NCBI GenBank assembly: GCA_031409275.1
Contig: JANNXA010000007.1
Span: 32,001-96,000, forward strand
Reading direction: 5' to 3'
Length of the DNA: 64,000 nt
Origin: Planctomycetota bacterium
Lineage (GTDB): Bacteria; Planctomycetota; B15-G4; SIAN01
Shown: in pieces, positions 16,800 to 24,775 of the stretch
Position numbering within the stretch: the stretch's first letter is position 1
How the letters are laid out: every line of letters starts with the position of its first letter
Notes under the pieces: model-generated
What the model was told of the DNA's origin: nothing
Seen by the model: only the letters and a program-made list of their open reading frames with translations
Databases searched by the model: none
Made by a program: the position numbers and the translations under genes

Positions 16800-18517
16800 G
16801 GCGAGCGCCCCTCGCCCTCGACGAGCTCCACCACGCGATCGGCGGCACCACCTTCGAACCGCTCCTTGCGGCCGCTCGGCCACAGGACCTCGATCGAGTC
16901 GAAGCGTGCGGCATCGGCGAGACCGAAGTGGGCGCGCGGGTCGCTGCTGCTGACGTAGCTGAAAGCGGCGAGGCAGAGGCGCCGCAGCGTGCGGCCACCG
17001 GCGGTGACGCGCACATCGGCGCCGAGCGCGTCGCGCTTGCCGGTGCGCGCGCGCACCAGCAGCCAGTGGCCCGCGCGCGGCACGTCGTTGCGATAGAGGC
17101 GCAGCGGGCCGAGCACTTGCGACGTGGCGAGGTCGAGGTCGCCATCGCCGTCGAGGTCGCCGATCGCGAGGCCGCGCGTGATCTCGGCGCGCGCCACGAA
17201 GTCGCCGCCATCGGCAACCTCGGCGCGCGTGAAGCCCCCTTTGCCGTCGTTCCAGAACAGGAAGTTCGGCTCGGCGAACGGATTCCAGAACGGCGCGAGG
17301 TGCGCGTTCGGCTTCACGGTCGAGCGACGCACGCGGCCATTCACGATGGCGAGGTCGACGTCGCCATCGAGCTCGACGTCGAGGAACGCGCAACCGAAAC
17401 CAGTCGCGCCGAGATCGTGGCGGCTCATGCCCGCGCGCGCCGTGACGTCGAGGAAACCGTGCGCCGCATCGCCGGTGTAGAGGGTGTTGTTCTCCTCCTC
17501 GATGTTGGTGACGAAGAGATCGAGTGCGCCATCGCCGTCCGCATCGCCGATGCCGACGCCCATGCTCCCTTCGGGCTTGCCGAAGCGATTCACCGCCGCG
17601 CCGCGTTCGAGCCCGTCCTCGACGAAGCGGCCGTCGCCGCGATTCACCCACAGGTGATTGGCCCCGGCATCGTTGGCCACGTAGACGTCAGGCCAGCCGT
17701 CTCCGGTGAAGTCGGCGCACGTCACGCCAAGGCCGGCGCCGCGCGCGTTGATCCCGGCACCGACCGAGTCATCGACGAAGCGGCCACCGCCCTGGTTGCG
17801 CCACAGCGTGTCGACGGTCGGCGTGAAGGAGAGCGGCCCGCAATATTCGCGCGCGCTGTCCTGACGGCGGCAGACCACCGACTCCTGGAACGCGACGTAG
17901 TGCGACGCGAAGAGGTCGAGGTCCCCATCGCGATCGGCGTCGAAGAAGGCGACCGCGCAGGTCCATCCATCGGCCGCGCCGAAGCCGGCCGCCGCGGTGT
18001 CGTCGATGAAGGTGCCGTCGCCCTGATTGCGGAAAAAGGTGTCGTGACCGTAGTTCGCGCAGTACACATCGACGTCGCCGTCGTCATCGACGTCGCCCAC
18101 CGCGACGCCCATCCCGTAGCCGGGATCGTGCAGCCCGGAGGTTGCGGAGGCATCGACGTAGCGGCCGTCCGCCTGCCGTTGCCACAGGCGATCGGGAGCT
18201 GGCTCGCTCGCGTTGCCGGGCGGCGGGCAGCGGCGCTCCAGCACGTCGAGATCACCATCGCCGTCGTAGTCGAGCAGCGCGACGCCCGGCCCCATGATCT
18301 CGGTCAGCGCGTAGGTGCCATCGGGCATCGCGCCGAACTCAGCGGGCAATCCAGAAACCGCGGTGATGTCGGTGAAGGCGGGCGCAACGGCAGGTGAGCC
18401 GCCGGGCGTGTTCGCGAGCGGCACGGCCGGGGGTTTCGCGTCCGGGGATCGGTCGTCCGGCCCGCAACCCAACGGCAGCAGCGACGCGAGGCAGAGCAGC
18501 GCGACGCGCGGCGTCAC
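16796..18517 (-). CDS. CRTAC1-family lipoprotein (FG-GAP plus ASPIC/UnbV)
   Basis: GGAG then GTG at 18517. Lipobox LPLGC; FTDITAVSGL, DYDGDGDLD, DVYVAND, GSMGVGIGD, RAHFGL, EVLWPSG. Confidence 0.9.
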   Translation of the reverse strand: MTPRVALLCLASLLPLGCGPDDRSPDAKPPAVPLANTPGGSPAVAPAFTDITAVSGLPAEFGAMPDGTYALTEIMGPGVALLDYDGDGDLDVLERRCPPPGNASEPAPDRLWQRQADGRYVDASATSGLHDPGYGMGVAVGDVDDDGDVDVYCANYGHDTFFRNQGDGTFIDDTAAAGFGAADGWTCAVAFFDADRDGDLDLFASHYVAFQESVVCRRQDSAREYCGPLSFTPTVDTLWRNQGGGRFVDDSVGAGINARGAGLGVTCADFTGDGWPDVYVANDAGANHLWVNRGDGRFVEDGLERGAAVNRFGKPEGSMGVGIGDADGDGALDLFVTNIEEENNTLYTGDAAHGFLDVTARAGMSRHDLGATGFGCAFLDVELDGDVDLAIVNGRVRRSTVKPNAHLAPFWNPFAEPNFLFWNDGKGGFTRAEVADGGDFVARAEITRGLAIGDLDGDGDLDLATSQVLGPLRLYRNDVPRAGHWLLVRARTGKRDALGADVRVTAGGRTLRRLCLAAFSYVSSSDPRAHFGLADAARFDSIEVLWPSGRKERFEGGAADRVVELVEGEGRSP

Positions 18518-18677
18518 GCGCCGCGCTCCATCGTCGACACCCGTTGCAAGGGACGCTCCGCAGCACCGCGCATCCGAGCCGGCTCCTTTCACGATCGGGA
18601 AGTCGGCGGATGGTACGGCGCCCGGGAAGAGCCGCAAGCGATGGCGTACCGAATGCGCGACCCGCTGCACCGACGGA

Positions 18678-20054
18678 TCACGCGTCGTCGATCAGCTCGA
18701 ACACTCGATCGAGGCAGGCGTCGCGTCCGACGGCGACATCGTCCGGCGCGAAGACCGGCACGTCGTGATCGGGCGGCACGCCGCGCGCTTCGAAGTGCTC
18801 GCCTGCTTCGGTGAAGAAGATCTCGTTGGGCAGCCCGAAGCTCCAGCCATTTGGGAGCTGGCGGGTGAGGACGTCGGAGTAGACCCCTTGCGTGCTCTCG
18901 CCGATGCGCACGACGGCGGGGGTGCGACCGAGCAGCGCCATGGTGAACGTCTCGGCGGCGCTGACGCTGTCAGGTCCGGTGAGCAGGAAGACGCGGCCGA
19001 GGAAGCGTCGGCGCGACGAAGGGACCACCCGCGTCGACTGCGGCTCGGTGAGGCCATCGGCTCGCGTAGGGTCGTTGCGCGCGCGCTTCACGAAGGCGAC
19101 GTACTCGCGGTCGGTGAGGCGCGACGCGATCGCGACGCCGAGCCGGTCCGAACCGCCGTCATTGAGGCGCACGTCGATGACCGCCGCCTCGCACCCGGCC
19201 CACTCCTCCATCGCGCGGTCGAGCGTCGTTTCGAGCGCCTCGAGCGTCTTTCGGAATCCCGGCAGCGGCGAGTAGCCGCCGAAGCCGTCGATGCGCAGGT
19301 AGCCCGTCCGCGCGTCGAGCCGTCCGTGCTTCACGCGACCGTTGCATCCCACGGTCAGCTTGCCTTGCACGTAGTGGTCGTCGATCACCGCCTGCACCCC
19401 CGGCCGCTGCTGGCGCGTGAGCGGCTGCGCGACGACCTTCGCGCCGCCGAACCCAGCGCGCAGATCGGGCGCCTCCAGCGACGTGTGCGCATCGTGGAGC
19501 GGCTCGATCAACCCGCGCAGGATCGCGAACAGCTCGCGCGGCGGGGTCGTCGCGTTGATGCGCGGACGCGCCGCGGCGCAGGCAGCCTCCCAATCGACGC
19601 CACGCAACGCGAAGAAGGGGTAGTGAGTCGCGAAGGTCTCGCGGAACACCTCGAAGGTCGTGATCGGGTCGGCTGGCGTCGGTCGCGTGACCGGAACGGG
19701 GACGTCGGCGATGCGGCTGAAGTGGATCGAGGAGGCGGTGCCCGGCAGCCGCAGCGCAAAACGCTCGACGGCCGTGGCGCCCGCGGTCGGCGCCAGCGCT
19801 TCGAGCTCCACCGTCAGGTCCGCGACGAGGAACTGCGCCGTCGCCTCGACCCGCGCGACACGCCGCTGCCCGATCGCGCTGATCGACGTGACCTCGTACA
19901 GCACCAGCTCATTCGCATCGATCCGCGCGCAGTAGCCGTAACCGTCCGAAAGCCAGTCGCCGACGAAAGGCGGCTGCTGCGCCTCCGCATGCCCCAAGAT
20001 CGATGCGAGGGCGAGCGTCGTCGCGGCAGCGAACGCGACGCGCACAGCGGTCAC
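18678..20054 (-). CDS. S41-family peptidase (tricorn C1-like plus tail-specific protease domain), secreted
   Basis: Signal peptide. HYPFF, LHDAHT, GYLRI, IDVRLNDGG, SVSAAETF, IGESTQG, GVPPD. Confidence 0.9.
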   Translation of the reverse strand: MTAVRVAFAAATTLALASILGHAEAQQPPFVGDWLSDGYGYCARIDANELVLYEVTSISAIGQRRVARVEATAQFLVADLTVELEALAPTAGATAVERFALRLPGTASSIHFSRIADVPVPVTRPTPADPITTFEVFRETFATHYPFFALRGVDWEAACAAARPRINATTPPRELFAILRGLIEPLHDAHTSLEAPDLRAGFGGAKVVAQPLTRQQRPGVQAVIDDHYVQGKLTVGCNGRVKHGRLDARTGYLRIDGFGGYSPLPGFRKTLEALETTLDRAMEEWAGCEAAVIDVRLNDGGSDRLGVAIASRLTDREYVAFVKRARNDPTRADGLTEPQSTRVVPSSRRRFLGRVFLLTGPDSVSAAETFTMALLGRTPAVVRIGESTQGVYSDVLTRQLPNGWSFGLPNEIFFTEAGEHFEARGVPPDHDVPVFAPDDVAVGRDACLDRVFELIDDA

Positions 20055-20572
20055 AGGAACTCGACTTCGTTCTCGCGCAAGGAGCGTTCGCAGAAGTAGC
20101 AGCGCAGCTTGAGCGGCTCCTTGCCGATGACGAGGAAGCGGCCGGTGACGCGCGGGTCCTGCGTGACGCAGGCGGGGTTGACGCAGCGGATCAGCCCTTC
20201 GACGGTGTCGGGCAGCGTCGGGCGGAACTTCTTCACCACCACGAAGTCGCGAATGATGCTGAAGGTCGCCTGCGGCGAGAGGAGCGCGACCTTGTTCATC
20301 TCGTCGTCGGTGAGCTCGCGCCCTTCGATCTTCAGGATGTCCTTCTTGCCGAGCTTCGCGCTGTCGAGGTTGACGCCGATCAGGACGGTGGCATCGGCGG
20401 CAACACCGAGGATCTTCAGCGCCTTGAAGGCCGTGCTCGGACCGAGGTGATCGATCACCGTGCCGGAGCGCACCGCGCTGACCTGCATCTTGGCGTTGGC
20501 CGGTTTCACTTCGGCGGCTCCTGGGCTCGACTCATCTGCCTTCGCCCTCTTCGGCGCGCTGCCCCGTCCCAT
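20051..20572 (-). CDS. pyrI: Aspartate carbamoyltransferase regulatory subunit
   Basis: GTVIDH, KKDILKIE, CVNPACVT, CYFCE zinc ligands; directly downstream of pyrB. Confidence 0.95.
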   Translation of the reverse strand: MGRGSAPKRAKADESSPGAAEVKPANAKMQVSAVRSGTVIDHLGPSTAFKALKILGVAADATVLIGVNLDSAKLGKKDILKIEGRELTDDEMNKVALLSPQATFSIIRDFVVVKKFRPTLPDTVEGLIRCVNPACVTQDPRVTGRFLVIGKEPLKLRCYFCERSLRENEVEFL

Positions 20573-20573
20573 C

Positions 20574-21494
20574 TCAAGCCGCTCCGAGGCACAGCGCCAG
20601 CAGCGCCTGGCGAACGATGACGCCGTTGTGCGCCTGGTCGAACCAGGCTGCCCCGGGATGGGCGTCGAGCGCGGCGTGGATCTCGTTCACCCGCGGCAGG
20701 GGATGCATCAGCGTGAGCTTGTCGCCGAAGCGCGCGACGTTGCCCGGGTTCACCTGATAGGTGTTGCGGACGCGTTCGTACTCGACGGCGTCGACGAAGC
20801 GCTCCTTCTGGATGCGCGTGAGGTAGAGCACCTCGACATCCGCCGGGATCGCGGCGAGCTCCTCGACGACGTGATGCTCGGTGCCCGTCTCGCGCAGGTC
20901 CTCGAGGAAGTCCTCGGGCAGGCGCAGCGAGGGCGGCGACACCAGCCACAACTTCGCGTCGAACCACGACAGGCTGCGGATCAACGAGTGGACCGTGCGA
21001 CCGTACTTGAGGTCGCCGACGAAGGCGACCTTCAGCCCCTCGATGCGGCCGGTGCGCTGCTTCAGCGTGTAGAGGTCGAGCAGCGTCTGCGTCGGATGCT
21101 GGTTGCTCCCGTCGCCGCCATTGATGACCGGCAGTCGCGTCGCTTCGGCGGCGAGGCGCGCCGATCCTTCGGCGGGATGGCGGATCACCATGATGTCGCA
21201 GTAGCCCTCGGCCACGCGGATGGTGTCCCACAGCGACTCGCCCTTGCTGATCGACGTGCTGAGCGAATCCGCGAATCCGATGGTCGCGCCGCCCAGCCGC
21301 TTCATCGCCGCGTCGAACGAGAGGCGCGTGCGCGTCGAGGGCTCGAAGAAGAGATTGGCGAGGACCTTGCCCTGCAGCAGCGGCTCGCGGTTCTTCTCGA
21401 ACCAGCGGCAGCGCTCGAGGATCGCGCGGATCTCGGCGGCACCGAAGTCGCGCATGGAGATCACGTCGCGGCCCAGCAGCGGGTTCTTCTTCAT
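20574..21494 (-). CDS. pyrB: Aspartate carbamoyltransferase catalytic subunit
   Basis: FFEPSTRTRLSF, HPTQTLLDL, GDLKYGRTVHS, TRIQKERF, MHPLPR. Confidence 0.97.
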   Translation of the reverse strand: MKKNPLLGRDVISMRDFGAAEIRAILERCRWFEKNREPLLQGKVLANLFFEPSTRTRLSFDAAMKRLGGATIGFADSLSTSISKGESLWDTIRVAEGYCDIMVIRHPAEGSARLAAEATRLPVINGGDGSNQHPTQTLLDLYTLKQRTGRIEGLKVAFVGDLKYGRTVHSLIRSLSWFDAKLWLVSPPSLRLPEDFLEDLRETGTEHHVVEELAAIPADVEVLYLTRIQKERFVDAVEYERVRNTYQVNPGNVARFGDKLTLMHPLPRVNEIHAALDAHPGAAWFDQAHNGVIVRQALLALCLGAA

Positions 21495-21537
21495 GTCGAG
21501 CGGAGGCTCCGGCGCGGCACGCGGGTCGGCGCGGAGA

Positions 21538-23349
21538 TTAGCGCGCGGCCGCGGAGGGCGCTGCGACAGCGGCAGCCGGCGGGAGGCGCGGGGCGAAGAG
21601 CGAGAGGAGCCAGCCGACCCCCATCACCACCGCGAAGCCGATCAGGTTGAACCACATGAACTCGATCTTGAGCGGCTGCTCGATGCGAAAGAGCTGCGTC
21701 TGCAGCTCGGGATTCGTGACGAGATGCTGCACCGCCAACACGACGAGCAGCCCGCTCGCCAGGCTGATCGCGCCGACGTTCCCGCGGGCGCGCGTCACGA
21801 GGCGACCGAGGATGAAGACGCCGAACATGCTGCCGTAGACGACGGAACCGATGCGGTTCACCTGCTCGATGATCGGGCGGTCGCCGATGAAGAAGGCCGC
21901 GCCAGTGCCGAGCAGCCCCCAGAAGACGGTGGCCCAGCGCGTCGAGCGGACCAGCTCGCTCGCCTCCATCGGGCGGCGGCGCAACAACGCCACCACGTCG
22001 ACCACCGACGAAGTGGCGAGCGAGTTGATGGGCGCGACCACGCTCGACATCGCCGCCGCGAAGATCGCGGCCAGCACGAGGCCGGCCAGGCCGATCGGCA
22101 TCTCGTGCACGAGGAAGTGCGTGAAGGCGAAGTCCTGGTCGTTCTTCTTCGGCTGCGGCAGCCCCGCCTCGGCGACCAGCGCCTGGCCGGCGCTCCGCAG
22201 CTTCGCCAGTTCCGCCTCCTCGGCGCGCAACGCGACGGCGCGCGCGGAGAGCGCCGCGGCGTCCGCGTCGGCGCGCTCGGCGGCAAGCAGCTCGCCGGCG
22301 CGGGCACGCCGCTGCTCCACGCGAGCGGCGTAGTCGGTGCGCAGCACGGCGAAGCGCTCGCGCAACGCCGCCGCTTCAGGATCGGTGCGCCGTTCGAGCG
22401 CCTTCGCGAGCTCCTCCTCGCGAAAGAAGGCGGGCGCGGGACGGTAGGTGAAGTAGCCCCAGATCGAGACACCGAGCAGCAGGATCACGAACTGCATCGG
22501 CACCTTCGCGAAGGCCGACATCAACAGGCTCTTCTTGCTCTGCTCGACCGAGCTGCCGGCGAGGTAGCGCTGCACCTGCTCCTGGTCGGCGCCGAAGTAG
22601 CCGAGGAAGAGGAAGAAGCCGCCGAGCAGGCCGGAGAAGAGGTTGTAGGGATCGGACAACGCCTCGCGCGCGTCGGCCGGCAGGTGGAAGGTATCGAGCT
22701 TGCCGGCCGCGCCGGCGAGCTGCAGCAGGCCGCTGACGCCGACGTCATCCGGCAGCCGCCACCAGGCGACGCCGAGGCACGCGAAGATCCCGGCGAACAT
22801 CACCAACATCTGCTTGGCGTCGGTGGTGATGACGGCGGTCGCGCCGCCGACCGTGGTGTAGAGCGTGCAGAGCAGCCCCATCACGGTGATGCTGAGCCAC
22901 TGCGGGATGCCGACACCGATCGAGAGCACGATGCTCGGCGCATAGAGCACGGCACCGACCGCGAGCGCACGCGAGAAGAGGAACACGAGGCTGGCCAGCA
23001 CGCGTGTCGAGCGATCGAAGCGCGTCTCGAGCCATTGGTAGGCGGTGTAGATGCCCGCGCGATGGAACCACGGCACGACCGTCGAGCAGAGCACGACCAT
23101 GGCGAACGGGATCGCCAGGTAGAAGTGGAGGAACTTCATCCCGGTCGCGAAGCCCTGGCCGGTGGTGGAGATCAGCGTGATGGCGCTGGCTTGCGTCGCC
23201 ATCACCGACAGGCCCATCGCCCACCAGCGCATGCGCCGCCCGGCCAGCAGGTAGTCCTTGGCGTTCTTCACTTCGCCGCCGCGACGCACCCCGTCCCACA
23301 CGATGTAGACGAGGAACGCGACCAGCACGAGCAGATCGAACGTGCGCAT
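21538..23349 (-). CDS. Sodium:solute symporter (SSS) family transporter
   Basis: YLLAGR, SVMATQASAIT, DQEQVQRYL, AAAMSS; many TM helices. ATG at 23349 is coupled to the upstream small ORF (TGATG). Confidence 0.92.
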   Translation of the reverse strand: MRTFDLLVLVAFLVYIVWDGVRRGGEVKNAKDYLLAGRRMRWWAMGLSVMATQASAITLISTTGQGFATGMKFLHFYLAIPFAMVVLCSTVVPWFHRAGIYTAYQWLETRFDRSTRVLASLVFLFSRALAVGAVLYAPSIVLSIGVGIPQWLSITVMGLLCTLYTTVGGATAVITTDAKQMLVMFAGIFACLGVAWWRLPDDVGVSGLLQLAGAAGKLDTFHLPADAREALSDPYNLFSGLLGGFFLFLGYFGADQEQVQRYLAGSSVEQSKKSLLMSAFAKVPMQFVILLLGVSIWGYFTYRPAPAFFREEELAKALERRTDPEAAALRERFAVLRTDYAARVEQRRARAGELLAAERADADAAALSARAVALRAEEAELAKLRSAGQALVAEAGLPQPKKNDQDFAFTHFLVHEMPIGLAGLVLAAIFAAAMSSVVAPINSLATSSVVDVVALLRRRPMEASELVRSTRWATVFWGLLGTGAAFFIGDRPIIEQVNRIGSVVYGSMFGVFILGRLVTRARGNVGAISLASGLLVVLAVQHLVTNPELQTQLFRIEQPLKIEFMWFNLIGFAVVMGVGWLLSLFAPRLPPAAAVAAPSAAAR

Positions 23350-23516
23350 CAGTAGCGGTAGCTCCGCTCGAACCACCAGAGCAGCACGAGGGTCAGCACG
23401 CCCCAGACGAGCGCGCGCACCATGAGGTGACGACCGCGTGATTCGCCGGCCACCTCTTCGACCGCTTCCGCGGCCTCGTCGCGGGAGTCGCGTCCCGCCT
23501 GCTGCGAATCGTCCAT
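23349..23516 (-). CDS. Small single-TM protein (55 aa), probable symporter accessory subunit
   Basis: Manually read: GGAGGAG SD, then MDDSQQAGRDSRDEAAEAVEEVAGESRGRHLMVRALVWGVLTLVLLWWFERSYRY*. Its stop overlaps the symporter ATG. Confidence 0.75.
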   Translation of the reverse strand: MDDSQQAGRDSRDEAAEAVEEVAGESRGRHLMVRALVWGVLTLVLLWWFERSYRY

Positions 23517-23609
23517 CCCCGGCTCCTCCGAGGATCACGAGTTAGCAGGGCGCATCGTGCCGTGCGAGACCCATTTCCGTCGCGGCCCGAGCGCTCGACG
23601 ATCGAGCGC

Positions 23610-24284
23610 TCAGCGGGCCAATGCCTCGGCTTGCGCTTCGGCCACCTGCATCCGCGCATCGACCTCAGCGCACAGCTGCGCCAGCCGCTCGTCGCTCGCG
23701 CCCGCCTCGACCTGCAACGCGGGAGCGGCGACGATCGCCACCCGCGCGAAGGGCGCCGGCAGGACGAATCCGTCCCAGCTCGAGAGCCGCTTGCACGGCC
23801 GCGCGACGAGCACGAGCGGGACGACCGGCCACCCAAGCCGTCCGGCGAGATAGAGCGCGCCGGGCTTGGTGCGACTCGGCGGCCCTTTGGGTCCGTCGGG
23901 CGTCAGCGCGAGGTCGCCGACGTCGCGCTTGGCGAAGTCGAGCATCGAGAGCAGCAGTCTCGCCGCGCCGCGCGTGCTCGAGCCGCGAGCAGTCTTGAAA
24001 CCGAGCCGCTCGGCGATGCGCGCGCCGATCTCGCCGTCGCCGTGCTGCGACACGCCGATGCAGACGCCGGAGCCACGGAAGACGTAGCTCGCCAGCAGGA
24101 CCGAGCGATGCCACAGGAGGTAGACGCAACGCGTCGTCCGCTGCGTGCGACACGGATCGAACTCGGGAGGCACTTGCGAGCGGACGCGCCACGTGGCGCC
24201 CCACGCACGCACCATCGCCGCGCCGAGCGGCGGCAACCACCGAGGAAGGGGCTTTGACGTCGCGCCCGCCGCCGCTCGATTCAC
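23610..24284 (-). CDS. DUF374 / lysophospholipid acyltransferase-family protein
   Basis: LWH, SQHGDGEI, RGSSTRG, TPDGPKGP, SWDGFVLPAPF. Confidence 0.9.
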   Translation of the reverse strand: MNRAAAGATSKPLPRWLPPLGAAMVRAWGATWRVRSQVPPEFDPCRTQRTTRCVYLLWHRSVLLASYVFRGSGVCIGVSQHGDGEIGARIAERLGFKTARGSSTRGAARLLLSMLDFAKRDVGDLALTPDGPKGPPSRTKPGALYLAGRLGWPVVPLVLVARPCKRLSSWDGFVLPAPFARVAIVAAPALQVEAGASDERLAQLCAEVDARMQVAEAQAEALAR

Positions 24285-24517
24285 TGCGGGTTCATCCGGT
24301 CGAAGTCACGCACGGCAAACCAGCAGAGGAGCGCCCCGCCAAGCGCGATGGCGAACCATGGCAGCGCCTGGAAGAGCGCGAAAACGATGACTCCGAAGCC
24401 GAGCAGCAACGTCACGCGCTGGCCCAAGGTGCCGGCGCCCATGACCGCCAGGACTCGCCCGAGCGACATCGCGCTGAGCGAGCTCTTCCACTTTCCGAAG
24501 CCGGAGAAGAATCCCAT
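24281..24517 (-). CDS. Small hypothetical membrane protein (78 aa)
   Basis: MGFFSGFGKW... with 2-3 hydrophobic segments. Its stop overlaps the start of the DUF374 gene. Confidence 0.6.
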   Translation of the reverse strand: MGFFSGFGKWKSSLSAMSLGRVLAVMGAGTLGQRVTLLLGFGVIVFALFQALPWFAIALGGALLCWFAVRDFDRMNPQ

Positions 24518-24540
24518 GAGCACACGACGCCAAGCCTGAG

Positions 24541-24695
24541 AGGGCCGAACAGAACGGACGCGTCGCACCGAGAACGAGCGAGGCTACCCAGGACAGGAGA
24601 CCGAAGCAGTCGACTCGGCAGAGTCGCCGCTGGAGGTCGACGAGTTCATGGGTGGCCGCAGCCGGTCGAACGCAGCGGACATTCGATCGGGCGCT
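24541..24695 (-). repeat. ~150-bp palindromic intergenic element, copy B
   Basis: Inverted copy of 14301-14454 (about 87% over the core). Central hairpin CGACTC-TGCC-GAGTCG keeps the stem with a different loop. Confidence 0.85.
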
Positions 24696-24775
24696 TTGAA
24701 ACGGAGCCGGGGGACCAGCCAGTGACGGCCGATCCCCCGACTCTAGTTCGATTCCGTAAGTACCGCGCGTGGGCG

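Noticed and set aside
14301..24695. Palindromic repeats as an integron attC array or CRISPR
   Set aside because: Only two copies, inverted and 10 kb apart, located upstream rather than downstream of genes. No integrase or cas genes and no repeat-spacer periodicity. The bases next to the R-like boxes pair rather than forming the unpaired attC spacer.
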